Positions 37,146 to 47,167 are shown, counted from the first letter of the stretch. The stretch is DNA of 64,000 nt from a bacterium (GCA_031362565.1 JANLSU010000081.1:1-64000); one strand, 5' to 3'. Notes: generated by a model not told the origin, from the letters alone. Translations and numbers: made by a program.

Positions 37146-38281
37146 CCGACTGCCCACCCTTCGAGCGGCAAGCCGGTTTCTTCCGGCCAACCCTGCATGC
37201 GGTTCCAGTTCTGAATCGCTTGGCCCGCGGCACCCTTGCCCAAGTTGTCGATGGCAGCGAAGGCCAGCAGCAGCCGCCCCCCGGCAACCACCCGCACCGC
37301 CACATCGCAGCGGTTCGAGCCGCGCACATGCCGCGTCTCGGGCAATGCCGCGCCTTCGAGCAGGCGCACGCAGGGCGCGGCGGCATAGCGCTCGCGATAA
37401 AGTGTCTGGAGTGAATCCACCGTCATCGGCGTCGAAAGCGGGATCGCGACGTTGGCGACGATGCCGCGCGACATGGGCACCAGGTGCGGATTGAAGGCGA
37501 GCGGCAGCTCGGCGGCTTCGTTCGGCACCAGGCGTGCGACCGACGCAGCGCCACCCAACACGCGCCGGAGCGATTGCTGGATCTCGCCGAGATGGGGGTG
37601 ATCCTCCCCCACCTTATAAGGACTGGCGCCTTGGCCACATTCGACGAAGTGCGTCGCGAGCGACGGGGCGCGCCCGGCGCCGGAAACCCCCGAGAGTGCA
37701 TTGGCGACGAGCGGTGCGCCGTTCCACACCCCGGCGGCCATGGCCGGCAGGGCGGCGAGCAGTACAGCCGTCGCGTAGCAACCAGGATTCGCGACCAGCG
37801 TCGCACCCTCGACCGCATCGCCACTCCATTCGGCGAGTCCATAGACGGCGCGCGGCAAGAGATCGGGATCCGGGTGCGCCAGGCCGTAGCGCCGCGCGTA
37901 CTCGGCCGCATCACGCAGGCGAAAATCGGCCGACAGATCGATGATGCGCAGGCCGGCATCCAAGAAACGCCGCGCGCGCCCGGCGAGAGCGCCGTGCGGC
38001 AGCGCCGCGAAGACGATTTCGACCCCGCGCTCGACCCACGGCGTGGGATCGAGGAGATCGTCGTCGAGAACGAGTGACGCATCACCGAGCGCGCCGCTCG
38101 CAGTCGCGAGCGGTTGGCCGGCGTACTGGCGCGATGCCGCCGCCACGAGCCGGGCATGCGGGTGCGTGCCGAGCAAACGGACGAGTTCCAACCCGCCGTA
38201 ACCGCTCACACCCAAGATACCGACGCCGATGTGCCGCTGCGGCACCGCGGGCGCCGATGCGCGGCCCAAGACACTCGTCAT
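37142..38281 (-). CDS. argC: N-acetyl-gamma-glutamyl-phosphate reductase
   Basis: GVSGYGG, DLSADFR, ANPGCY, SGVSGAG, DNLGKGAAGQA. Confidence 0.96.
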   Translation of the reverse strand: MTSVLGRASAPAVPQRHIGVGILGVSGYGGLELVRLLGTHPHARLVAAASRQYAGQPLATASGALGDASLVLDDDLLDPTPWVERGVEIVFAALPHGALAGRARRFLDAGLRIIDLSADFRLRDAAEYARRYGLAHPDPDLLPRAVYGLAEWSGDAVEGATLVANPGCYATAVLLAALPAMAAGVWNGAPLVANALSGVSGAGRAPSLATHFVECGQGASPYKVGEDHPHLGEIQQSLRRVLGGAASVARLVPNEAAELPLAFNPHLVPMSRGIVANVAIPLSTPMTVDSLQTLYRERYAAAPCVRLLEGAALPETRHVRGSNRCDVAVRVVAGGRLLLAFAAIDNLGKGAAGQAIQNWNRMQGWPEETGLPLEGWAVG

Positions 38282-38775
38282 GCGAGGCTCCTTCCGACCA
38301 GCGATTCGAGCCGCTGGCGGAATTTCTTACCGCCGGCAGGCGACGCGGCGATCACGAGCACCGTGTCGTCACCGGCGAGGGTGCCGGCCACTTCATCCCA
38401 ACCCAAGAGATCGAGGCTGCGAGCGACGCCGTGCGCATTGCCGGGCGGCGTTCGCACCACGACGAGATTCCCCACCACGCGCACGTCTTGCACGAACGTC
38501 TCGAGCTCGATCTGGCGCCGGCGGGTGTCGACGACATCGCGCGACGGCCCGGGGAGCGCGTACCGCGGGCCCGCGTCGGTGGGGACGCGGCCGACGCCGA
38601 GACTCCGCAGGTCGCGCGACAGGGTCGCCTGGGTGGCGCGAATGCCGCGCTGGCGCAGGAGCTTCGCCAGTTCATCCTGGCTCGCCACCCGGCGTTCGCC
38701 GAGCAGTTCGACGATGGCCTCGCGGCGGGCCGTGCCGCCCTCGTCGCCATTTCCCGATCGTGCATGATCATTCAT
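38278..38775 (-). CDS. argR: Arginine repressor
   Basis: SQDEL, TQATLSRDL, GTLAGDDT. Confidence 0.95.
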   Translation of the reverse strand: MNDHARSGNGDEGGTARREAIVELLGERRVASQDELAKLLRQRGIRATQATLSRDLRSLGVGRVPTDAGPRYALPGPSRDVVDTRRRQIELETFVQDVRVVGNLVVVRTPPGNAHGVARSLDLLGWDEVAGTLAGDDTVLVIAASPAGGKKFRQRLESLVGRSLA

Positions 38776-38794
38776 AGAGTTGAATAATCATGCA
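38761..38794. promoter_or_regulatory. Tandem ARG boxes (ArgR operator)
   Basis: TGCATGATCATTCA (38761-38774) and TGAATAATCATGCA (38781-38794), AT-rich, overlapping the argR start codon and the putative -10. Confidence 0.85.
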
Positions 38795-38812
38795 TTGCCG
38801 TCCGCATGTCAA
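38784..38812 (-). promoter_or_regulatory. Putative sigma70 promoter of the arg operon
   Basis: TTGACA-N17-GATTAT on the minus strand. Confidence 0.55.
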
Positions 38813-38835
38813 CCCCCGGGCAAGGCGCCCGGGGG
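38813..38835 (-). terminator. GC hairpin after the upstream gene
   Basis: CCCCCGGGC-AAGGC-GCCCGGGGG. Confidence 0.5.
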
Positions 38836-38851
38836 TGAAGAGAGGTGTGGG

Positions 38852-39682
38852 TCAGCGCTTGGCTTGGGCTTCTTCCGGCATTGCCGTGTGCGGATCGGTG
38901 AAGACCGCGGCGTCGACAGCCGCCGGCGTTTCGACGACCGGGAAATAGATGCGGCCGGGTTTGCCGCCCACCATGCGGCGGTCGCGCGACATCATGACGC
39001 CGCTGCCCATCTTCTGCCAGTCGCTCCATTGCCAGACCGTGGCGTTTTCGAGCGACGGCGTGCCTTCGGTGCCTTCCAGGAAGTACGCCCAGCGGGCCAT
39101 CATGTGCGTCTTGCGATCGACGAACGCCCAGTACTGATCGCCCGGTGTCAGCCCGACCTTGTTGAAGGTGATGTGCAAGACGTCGAACTCCTGGCCGTCG
39201 ACGGTGCGCCGACCGAGCGACTCGACGTTGGCTCCCGGATCATCGAGCTTCCACGGCATGAGGAGCCAGTAGCTGTCGTTGATATAGCGCGCGTACGCCT
39301 TTTCCATGTTGGCGGCGCTGTCGGCACTCGCCACCGCTGTGCCGTCGATCCACGTGCGTCCGGCATGCGAATTGATGTCGAAGAGCGACTGCACCTGGTG
39401 GCCCTCTTTGTTCTTCCACTCGACACGGTAGTGGCCGGTCGAACGGTCCCAAAGATGCTTGACGCGCACGACTTCCTTGCCGTCGCGCTCGACGGCCCAA
39501 TCGAAGCGCAGGTAGCGCGCCGCCTGCCAGTGATCGGCACCGCCCATGGCGTCGCGCATCGAGCGCAGAATCGGCGCCGCATCGCCGGGTGTCGCCGGTG
39601 TGTCCGCCGCCGCCGGCAATACCGCGAGCCCACTGGCGCCGAGCGCCAGTGCAACGGCCCAATGCTTGCGAGTCATTTTCAT
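38852..39682 (-). CDS. Exported hypothetical protein (Trp-rich, LolA-like fold possible)
   Basis: Signal peptide AAA-D; MGGADHW..RYLRFDW; NDSYWLLMPWKL; GLTPGDQYW. Confidence 0.7.
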   Translation of the reverse strand: MKMTRKHWAVALALGASGLAVLPAAADTPATPGDAAPILRSMRDAMGGADHWQAARYLRFDWAVERDGKEVVRVKHLWDRSTGHYRVEWKNKEGHQVQSLFDINSHAGRTWIDGTAVASADSAANMEKAYARYINDSYWLLMPWKLDDPGANVESLGRRTVDGQEFDVLHITFNKVGLTPGDQYWAFVDRKTHMMARWAYFLEGTEGTPSLENATVWQWSDWQKMGSGVMMSRDRRMVGGKPGRIYFPVVETPAAVDAAVFTDPHTAMPEEAQAKR

Positions 39683-41616
39683 GCTGCTCCCTCCGCGACG
39701 GCTGGTTCGAGACGCACGCCCTCGTCGTAGTAGGCGGCGCCTTCGCCAGCATCGGTGAGGCGGGCTCGCACGAGCGCATTCGCACAACCGTGCTGCAGCC
39801 AGCCGCCTTTCGCGATCATCAACATATCGCGCCGCAACGCCGCGTCATGGCGCAAGCGCGCCCGCACCCGGCCGACGCGGCTCACGAGCCACACGTCACT
39901 GCCGTCGGCGATGCCCGCCGCGACGTCCGGATGACAGCGCGCCTCGGCCGGTGCGCCGTCCCAGGCGGCCGACCACTGCGAGGCCTGGGCGCGCGGCGTC
40001 GAGAAGGACGCAAGTTGGAGAGGATACTCCGCATCCGGCGCCGCGTCTTGGAGATCGACATCGGTCACGAAATGGAATCGCCGGTCGGCGGTCGCGAACT
40101 GCTTGCCGGCGAACAGCACCTGGGTGGCGTGCGGATTGCGAACCACGCCACGCCGCAGATCGTCCAACCGCACGCTGTCCGCGACCGGCGCGAGCAAGCG
40201 AGTGGCCCACTCTTCGGCACTGCCCTGCAGGCGATCGGCGAAGCCCAGGCGCGCGGCGAGAGCTTGATAAATTTCGAGATCCGATTTCACTCCAGCCGGC
40301 GGACGCGCCACCGGATTCGCAGCGCTCAAATAGTGGTGTCCGAACGCGCCCACGAGGTCGTGCTCCTCGAGCATCGTCGTCACCGGCAGGACGACATGCG
40401 CGACGCGCGCCGTGTCGGTCATTTGCTGCTCCAGGACAACGGTGAATTCGCGCGACCGAAGCGCACGGGCCACGGTGTGTGAGTCGGGCAGCATGGCGAC
40501 CGGATTGCCGTTGTCGACGACCACCGCGCGCACCGGCGGATCGGTGGCGGCCAGAATCTCTTCACCGAGTCGCGGCTCGACCAAGCCGCGGCGCGATTCC
40601 GGCGCCCGGTAACGATCGACGTCGAAAGCCGCCCGCCGCCGGTAGTAGAACGTGACGCCGCTCCCGGGCACCCCGTAGTTGCCCACCAAGGCCGCCAGTG
40701 CGTCGAGAACTCGAATGGTCACGGAACCGTGCAGGCGGCGTTGCAGACCCCAGCCAATCTGGATATTGCCTGGGCGCAACGTGCCGAATTCGACGCCCAG
40801 CGACTCGAGCGCCGCGGGGTCGAGATCGGCGGCGCCGGCCCACTCGGCCACGGAACGCGTGAAGGCCAAGCGCTTGAAGGCTTCGTGTCCGGTGCTCCAG
40901 TCGGCGAGCGTTGGATCGACGAGGCCGCGCTCCCACAGAACACGCGCCATGCCCAGGCCGAGGAAGCGGTCGCTGCCGGGACGCGGCCGCAGCACGACGT
41001 CCGCAAAGCGCTCGGTCTTGTTCGGTACCGGATCGATGAGCACGATCCGGGCGCCGCCTTGGCGGGCCTGTTTCAGAACCGGCAACAGATGCAGGAATGA
41101 GGTGGCGACATTCTTGCCCCAGAGCACGATCAAGCGGCTCGCGAGCAGATCTTCGATGGCGTGCGATTCGCTCGTGCCCAGATCGGCGATCTGCGCCGCT
41201 TCGCCGGCGCCGGAACAGATGTCGCCCTTCTTGACGCGCGCGCCGCCAAAGCACTCGAAGAAATAGTCGTTGAGGGCTTTCAGAATGCCGAGCGATCCAC
41301 CGGACCGGTAGTGCAGAACCGCCTCAGGACCCGACTCGCGGCGGATGCGCTCGAGGCGTTCGGCCACCAGGTCGAGCGCCGCATCCCATGAGGCCGGCAC
41401 GAACTCGTCCCCGCGCCGCACGAGCGGTGTCGTCAAGCGTTCGGGGTGATATTGCAGATGCAGGTAGCGGCTCGTGCGCTCGCACAGGAAACCGCGCGTG
41501 ATCGGGTGTGACTTGTCACCCGCGAGGGCGACGACCCGTCCGTCCTCGACCGTCGCCAGGATGCCGCAAGCATCGGGACAGTCACGCGTACAGGTCGTGC
41601 GCAGGGTCTCTTGCAT
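39679..41616 (-). CDS. Molybdopterin-dependent oxidoreductase (DMSOR superfamily, single subunit)
   Basis: CTRDCPDAC...GFLC 4Fe-4S motif; ERLTTPL; DICSGAG; LWGKN; TDTARVAHVVLP. Confidence 0.88.
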   Translation of the reverse strand: MQETLRTTCTRDCPDACGILATVEDGRVVALAGDKSHPITRGFLCERTSRYLHLQYHPERLTTPLVRRGDEFVPASWDAALDLVAERLERIRRESGPEAVLHYRSGGSLGILKALNDYFFECFGGARVKKGDICSGAGEAAQIADLGTSESHAIEDLLASRLIVLWGKNVATSFLHLLPVLKQARQGGARIVLIDPVPNKTERFADVVLRPRPGSDRFLGLGMARVLWERGLVDPTLADWSTGHEAFKRLAFTRSVAEWAGAADLDPAALESLGVEFGTLRPGNIQIGWGLQRRLHGSVTIRVLDALAALVGNYGVPGSGVTFYYRRRAAFDVDRYRAPESRRGLVEPRLGEEILAATDPPVRAVVVDNGNPVAMLPDSHTVARALRSREFTVVLEQQMTDTARVAHVVLPVTTMLEEHDLVGAFGHHYLSAANPVARPPAGVKSDLEIYQALAARLGFADRLQGSAEEWATRLLAPVADSVRLDDLRRGVVRNPHATQVLFAGKQFATADRRFHFVTDVDLQDAAPDAEYPLQLASFSTPRAQASQWSAAWDGAPAEARCHPDVAAGIADGSDVWLVSRVGRVRARLRHDAALRRDMLMIAKGGWLQHGCANALVRARLTDAGEGAAYYDEGVRLEPAVAEGAA

Positions 41617-41707
41617 GCCGGAACTCCGTGGGCGTGGGCGTAGGCGCGCGTCGACGTTAGGCTTCGCGGGCCAGGGGGTCAACCCAGCCAAGAAGGGGCC
41701 AGGACGC

Positions 41708-42466
41708 TCACGGAGTGGATGGGAGGGCGGGCAGATCGAAGGCGGTGGCGCCCAGCACGTGGTGCGATTGCGGGTCTTGCACGTACACCACGATGCCGGC
41801 GTGATCGCGCCGGACGCCGGCGGGCAGGTCGAGGAAAAGCGTCCCTTTGGGGCCGGCGTCGAGGGTCACGGTGCGGAAAACACGCACCACATTGTCGTGC
41901 GCCAAGGTGCGGCCGCGGTTTTCGCCACTCGCGACGTGCGACACGAGATCGCGCTCCACGAGGGCGGCGTGCAGTTCGGCGCCGCGGTGCACCGGCGTCA
42001 CCTGGTATTCGACTCGCAGCCCCGATCCGGGGACGAGCGTTCCGCCACTGGCTTGGACGTCGACCGCAGCGGCAGTCGCGAGCGCGGCTTCGATCGCCTG
42101 GGTAGCGCGCACGCGGTCCGAACCGACGAAGGACTCGGCGCCGTTCACGACCATCTGTGGAGTGTAACGCGATTCGAAGCGGCCGCCGTAGATCGCCTGG
42201 CGTTCCGAAAATGCGGCGTCACTGTATGGATCGCGCCAGCCGAGCCGGTTCCAGTAGTCGACATGAAAAGCGAGGCAGTAGATCCGCGTGCTGTCGCGGC
42301 GGGCGGCGGCGGCAAGTTCACGCAAGAGCGCATCGGCGGGCGGACAGCTCGAACAACCCTCAGAGGTATAGAGTTCGAGTAACGCGGCCGGTGCTGATTT
42401 CGCCGCGACCGGCGAAACGAGCCCAAGCGCACAAAGAATGACGCCCACTCCAGCCAACACGCGCAT
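41708..42466 (-). CDS. DUF1223 family exported thioredoxin-like protein
   Basis: ELYTSEGCSSCPPAD, FHVDYWN.LGWRDP, YTPQMVVNG, GENRGR.L.HDNVVR. Confidence 0.88.
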   Translation of the reverse strand: MRVLAGVGVILCALGLVSPVAAKSAPAALLELYTSEGCSSCPPADALLRELAAAARRDSTRIYCLAFHVDYWNRLGWRDPYSDAAFSERQAIYGGRFESRYTPQMVVNGAESFVGSDRVRATQAIEAALATAAAVDVQASGGTLVPGSGLRVEYQVTPVHRGAELHAALVERDLVSHVASGENRGRTLAHDNVVRVFRTVTLDAGPKGTLFLDLPAGVRRDHAGIVVYVQDPQSHHVLGATAFDLPALPSTP

Positions 42467-42527
42467 CCTCGCTCGCTCCCGTGACTTCGCGCACGGTAAG
42501 CAACCGCGCCGTCACGCAACCTATTCC

Positions 42528-42890
42528 CTACGCCTTCCCCGCCCGCGTCGCTTTGATGAGCGCCTCCATGTGCCCTAGATAACGGTCCAGCGCCCGCTTG
42601 CCGGCCGCGGTCAGCGAGTATTCCGTGCGCGGCACCCGGCCCTCGAAAGACTTGCGGCACGCAACGTAGCCGCCTTCCTCCAACTTGCGGGCGTGGACAC
42701 TGAGATTGCCGTCGGTGAGGTCGAGAAACGCCTTCAGTTCGTTGAACGTCAGCGCGGCGTGCACGGCGAGGGCGCTGACGATCGCCAGCCGCACGCGCTC
42801 GTGAATGAGCCGGTCGAGATCCGAAACAACGCTTTCCGCCGGTCCGCTCTCGATCGGATGCCGGAGCGCGGCGCGTTTCTTAGCCACCAT
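42528..42890 (-). CDS. Winged-helix transcriptional regulator (MarR/ArsR-like)
   Basis: LDRLIHERVRLAI, LTDGNLSVHARKLE, PRTEYSLT. Confidence 0.88.
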   Translation of the reverse strand: MVAKKRAALRHPIESGPAESVVSDLDRLIHERVRLAIVSALAVHAALTFNELKAFLDLTDGNLSVHARKLEEGGYVACRKSFEGRVPRTEYSLTAAGKRALDRYLGHMEALIKATRAGKA

Positions 42891-43482
42891 GTCGCCTCGC
42901 GATCCACAGGCCAAAGCCGATATGCAGGCCGCCGAAGCCCGCTGCCAAGCACCAGTTGCCCCAACCGGGCGGCACGGCGAGTGCCACGGCGCCCAGCAGC
43001 ATGAGAAGCGCGCCGAGAAGCGGTACGACGCGCACCGAATAACTCCCGGCCGCGACGACACCCGCACCATACGCCAGGAGCCAGAGGCCCGGCAGGACGT
43101 CGAAAGTGCCGCGCCACACCAACGCGATCGTCAGCAGCGCGCCCGCCGCGAGCGGCGGCACGAGACCGCGCACGAAACTGCGGCCGGGAGCACTGCGGAT
43201 CGGCGGACCGGCGCGCCGTGCCTTGCGGGCGATGGCCACGACGCCGATCGGAAACGCCACCGCGGCGGCTCCGAGCCAAACCAGCAACCAGGAGTGCGGT
43301 TCGCGGTGCGTCGCCGCAAGCACCGCCGCCGCCACCGCGATACATCCCATCCACACGCCACCGTGGCCGGGAACTGCCGTAAACGCCGCGCTGCGTTCCA
43401 TGGTCTGACGAATGAATCGCAAGTCATCGAGCGCCCGGGACTCGAGGGCGGCCGGAGGCGCGAAACGCGGGTCCTCGGTCAT
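42880..43482 (-). CDS. Membrane hypothetical protein, coupled to the regulator
   Basis: ALDDLRFIRQTMERS N-terminus; about 6 TM; FGGLHIGFG. Confidence 0.75.
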   Translation of the reverse strand: MTEDPRFAPPAALESRALDDLRFIRQTMERSAAFTAVPGHGGVWMGCIAVAAAVLAATHREPHSWLLVWLGAAAVAFPIGVVAIARKARRAGPPIRSAPGRSFVRGLVPPLAAGALLTIALVWRGTFDVLPGLWLLAYGAGVVAAGSYSVRVVPLLGALLMLLGAVALAVPPGWGNWCLAAGFGGLHIGFGLWIARRHGG

Positions 43483-43494
43483 CGCGTCCTCAGG

Positions 43495-43523
43495 AGAATA
43501 GGGCCGAAACTACGCGTGGTCAA
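43495..43523 (-). promoter_or_regulatory. Putative sigma70 promoter
   Basis: TTGACC-N17-TATTCT. Confidence 0.5.
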
Positions 43524-43544
43524 GTACTCTGCCGCGTGAAGCGA

Positions 43545-44387
43545 CTAGCGCGTCGCCGGCGGCAGCCAGGCTTCGCCGCCCGGATCATGCATCGTCCAGT
43601 ACGGAATGCGCGCCGCCTTCGCCAGCCGGTACTCGGTGCCGTCGTCGCGCTGCAAGCGCAGCAGCCGGTGCGGCGCTGCCGTCTCGAACACATACGCCTG
43701 CCAACGCCCGGCACGTTCGAGGCGCACTTCGACACCATCGAACGTCCCCGCCGGTACGGTCACCGTCGCGGAACCACCACGGCGCACGTTCCATTGCTGA
43801 GGTTCGGTGTCCGTGAAGCGTCCCATGAGAAGCGACGGATACACCACGAGCGTTGCCGGACACGGACCCGCGGCGTAATCGCGCAAGAACAGCGGCAAGC
43901 CATCTTCGGGGATGGCGCCCATGGGCCATCGGTGCGCCCGGTCGCCTTGGCCGTCGAAGTAGGAGCGCGTGCGCAGGGTGCCGCGTGTCATGTCGGCGCT
44001 CGAGATACCACAGGCTTCGCTGCTCGTCGCCGCGATCTTCTGCAGCGCCCCGGTGTCGCGCCGCACGAACACGCTCGCCATCTGGTGATAGGTGTAGATG
44101 CCGGTCGGCACATCGCGAAGGTGATTGAGCTTGAGGACATCGAAACCGTCGGGCCGCGGGGTGTCGGCTTTGACATCCAAATCGGGCGCCCAGGGTTCCT
44201 TGACGACGACGAGAATGGCGCGGCCGGTGTACTGGTGGTTGTAGCGGGCCCAGGTCACTTCATAGGCACAGAATTCGGCGTTGCCGTCGTCCCAGAGCGC
44301 GTCGTGGCGCCAGGATGCAGGTGCAGTCGAAGCGGCGGTCGTAACCGTCGCGCTCAGCAACAGGAGGGCGGCGCAGGTTCGATGCAT
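43545..44387 (-). CDS. Exported hypothetical protein
   Basis: Signal peptide; WDDGNAE..RY..VLKLN..TGIYTY..MASVF; ends YW..HDPGGE. Confidence 0.65.
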   Translation of the reverse strand: MHRTCAALLLLSATVTTAASTAPASWRHDALWDDGNAEFCAYEVTWARYNHQYTGRAILVVVKEPWAPDLDVKADTPRPDGFDVLKLNHLRDVPTGIYTYHQMASVFVRRDTGALQKIAATSSEACGISSADMTRGTLRTRSYFDGQGDRAHRWPMGAIPEDGLPLFLRDYAAGPCPATLVVYPSLLMGRFTDTEPQQWNVRRGGSATVTVPAGTFDGVEVRLERAGRWQAYVFETAAPHRLLRLQRDDGTEYRLAKAARIPYWTMHDPGGEAWLPPATR

Positions 44388-44410
44388 GGTGGCCTTCTTT
44401 CCGCCGTGGA

Positions 44411-45808
44411 TCATAGCGTATGCGGCGCGGCGCCGTGGCGCTCGAAACGCGACAGGAGCCAAACAAGAAGCGCCACGGCCAAGGCCGGGAAGATGGGTTC
44501 GAGGTGCAGCCAGTACACGCCTTGGTTCGCAAAGGCGATCCACACGGTGGCAACAAGTGCGGCCGACAGCATGGCCGTGCCGGCGGCGCGGGCCGACATG
44601 CGCGTCCGCGGGTCGAAACTCGCCACCACGGGCACCAAGAGCGCCGGCGTCCCGATGCTTCCCAGGTGGTGCCAAACTTCGACGACCGACAGCCCTGATG
44701 CCGCGATCGCGACGGAACCGGCGCAGGCGCCCGCCAGGCCGAGGCGCGTCCAGGCGTTGTCGCCGAGCCGCGCGCCGGGCCACCGCGCCAGCAGGTCGTG
44801 GCCGATCGTCTGCGCCGAAATGAACAAGTAGCTATCGACCGTCGACATCACGGTGGCCAGCATGCCCGCGAAGAACAGGCCGCGCAAGACGGGCGGCAGC
44901 ACTTGTTCCGCGAGGGCTGGAAACGCCCGGCTGGCGTCCTGCAAATCCGGCAACAACGCCCGCGCATAGAGTCCCGTCATCGTCGTCATGGCATCGAACA
45001 CGATCCAGAACAGGACCGAAACGAGAATGCCGTTGCGCGCCGTGCGCCCGTCACGGGCTGCGAAACACGCTTCGTAGAACGTCGGTTCGACGAGAGTCGA
45101 AAGCGCGATCACGTACCACACGAGGATCGATTGCACCGGCTGGCCGCCTGTCCACGTGAAGAGCGCCGGGTCGAGATGGGCGCGCAGAAACCCCAAGCCG
45201 CCGACGTGGGTCAAGAGTCGCACGACGATGATGGCGAAACCCGAGTACATCAGAATGAAATAGAAGCGGTCGGCGGTGACGATGGCCCGCATGCCGCCAA
45301 AGAGCAGATACGAGCTGGACAACAGCACCACGCCGACGACGGCCACCAGGCGCGGAATCGACAAGATCTCGCCGACAATCGTTCCCGCCATGAGGGCGTA
45401 GGCGCCCGGCAGCGTCATTGCCAGCACGATCGCGGCACCGATCGTCGCCACCCGGTTGCCGTACGCGGCGCGCAATTGGTCCGGGATGGTGAGGGCGCGT
45501 GAGCCGCGCGCCCGCGGCGCGATGAACAGCGCGAACACCACGGCGGCGACGTAGTAGGGAACGCCGAAGACGATCCAGTTGGCGACCCCATGGCGATAGG
45601 CGTATTCGCCGACGCCCAGGATGCCGCCGTACCAAGACGCCACCAGGTTCATGACGAATCCGGGCAGAGAAACCGCCCGCCCGGCAGCCAGATACGCCGC
45701 CACATCGTCGCCGCGGCGCCGCCGGCCGCGCACGAGCGCCAGCCAGCCGAGCGCCATGACGTACGCCAAGATCACCAGGCGGTCGAGGATCGAAAAGGAA
45801 CCAGTCAC
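44411..45808 (-). CDS. Sodium:solute symporter family protein
   Basis: YLAAGR, ASWYGG, TIPDQL, LATVMSTVDS; many TM helices. Confidence 0.88.
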   Translation of the reverse strand: MTGSFSILDRLVILAYVMALGWLALVRGRRRRGDDVAAYLAAGRAVSLPGFVMNLVASWYGGILGVGEYAYRHGVANWIVFGVPYYVAAVVFALFIAPRARGSRALTIPDQLRAAYGNRVATIGAAIVLAMTLPGAYALMAGTIVGEILSIPRLVAVVGVVLLSSSYLLFGGMRAIVTADRFYFILMYSGFAIIVVRLLTHVGGLGFLRAHLDPALFTWTGGQPVQSILVWYVIALSTLVEPTFYEACFAARDGRTARNGILVSVLFWIVFDAMTTMTGLYARALLPDLQDASRAFPALAEQVLPPVLRGLFFAGMLATVMSTVDSYLFISAQTIGHDLLARWPGARLGDNAWTRLGLAGACAGSVAIAASGLSVVEVWHHLGSIGTPALLVPVVASFDPRTRMSARAAGTAMLSAALVATVWIAFANQGVYWLHLEPIFPALAVALLVWLLSRFERHGAAPHTL

Positions 45809-45817
45809 GAATGCATC

Positions 45818-47167
45818 CTAGGTGAACGCCGCGATCGCGAATCCGAGCGTGACGAGGGTGGCATAAACGGCGAAGAACAGTAGCCCATACCCCATGATGT
45901 CGCGGAAAGAAAGCCGCACCATGGTGAGGAGCGGAATCGCCCAGAAGGGTTGAATGATGTCGGTCAGCATGTCGCCCCACGCATAGGCGAGCACGGTCAG
46001 GTCCAGGCGCGCACCGAGAACGTGCGCCGCCTTGACCACATACGGCGCTTCGATCGCCCACTTCGAGCCGCCGGACGGAATGACGTAGTTGAGCAGGCCC
46101 GAATACCACAGCACGACGAGCGGATAGGTCGACGGGCGCGACACGCCGGTAAACCAGCCGGCGATGACATCCTGCAGTTTGGATTCCTTGATGATGCCGA
46201 AGATCCCGGCGTAGAACGGAAACTGCAGGATGACGCCCCACACGTAGCGTCCACCGCGCTCGGCGGCGGCGAGGAGCGCCGATGGGCGGCCGTGCAGCAG
46301 CACCGCCAGCATGAGAAAGGTGAAGTTGACGGTGTTGAGGTTGATGCCTTGCAGTCCGTGGGCCGCGAACCACCACCCGAGCCACACCAACCCGCTTAGC
46401 CCGACGATCCAGTTCACGAGCCGGCTGTCCTCGAGCCGCGCTGCCGGCGTGCGCGCCGCACCGGCGGGTGGCGCGACGGGAGGCGCGTCGTCGTCATCGT
46501 CGGGGGTCGAACTCCAGTCGACCAGCGGTTCGACGCCGCCTGCCGGCTGCAGACGTGCCGCCAGGGTCGTCAACACGATGATGGTCGCCGCCACAAGAGC
46601 CAGATTGAGCGGATGCAACAGGGTGCGCGTCACCGGAATGACGCCGAGTTCCTTCTCCATGAAGTGACCCGGTGTCGCGACGAGGAGCGGCATCGAGGCC
46701 GAAAGGCCGGCGTGCCACAGCGTTCCCAGGCCGAGATACGCGCAACAGACCAAGAGCCGGTAGTCGGCGCGCGGCTGCTGGCGCGCCACCCGCCGCACGA
46801 ACACCGCACTGCCGACGATGGACAGGCCCCAGTGGATTGTCGCGAGGCCGAGCGACAAGAGCGCCGTCATCACGACCGCGCCGCGCGGGCTCTTGGCGCG
46901 CCTCGCCAGTGCATCGAACATGCGGCGCACTGGAGCCGCGACCGCGAGCATGTACCCCGTCACGATGATGAGGCACATCTGCATGCCGAAGGACAGCAGT
47001 TCCCAGAAGCCGCTCCCCCAGTAGCGCACCAGGTCGAGTGGACTGGAGGCGGTGAAAACGAGCCCGAGGACGAAGACGAAACCGGTGAGCAAGACCGCAA
47101 TGACGTAGGCGTCGGGCACCCATCGGGTGCTCCACGCCGTCAAACCACGCGCCACGCGTTGCAACAT
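45818..47167 (-). CDS. atoE: Short-chain fatty acid transporter (AtoE family)
   Basis: PDAYVIA, WGSGFW.LL.FGMQM, QFPFYAGI, PSGGSKW, QPFWAIP. Confidence 0.88.
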   Translation of the reverse strand: MLQRVARGLTAWSTRWVPDAYVIAVLLTGFVFVLGLVFTASSPLDLVRYWGSGFWELLSFGMQMCLIIVTGYMLAVAAPVRRMFDALARRAKSPRGAVVMTALLSLGLATIHWGLSIVGSAVFVRRVARQQPRADYRLLVCCAYLGLGTLWHAGLSASMPLLVATPGHFMEKELGVIPVTRTLLHPLNLALVAATIIVLTTLAARLQPAGGVEPLVDWSSTPDDDDDAPPVAPPAGAARTPAARLEDSRLVNWIVGLSGLVWLGWWFAAHGLQGINLNTVNFTFLMLAVLLHGRPSALLAAAERGGRYVWGVILQFPFYAGIFGIIKESKLQDVIAGWFTGVSRPSTYPLVVLWYSGLLNYVIPSGGSKWAIEAPYVVKAAHVLGARLDLTVLAYAWGDMLTDIIQPFWAIPLLTMVRLSFRDIMGYGLLFFAVYATLVTLGFAIAAFT

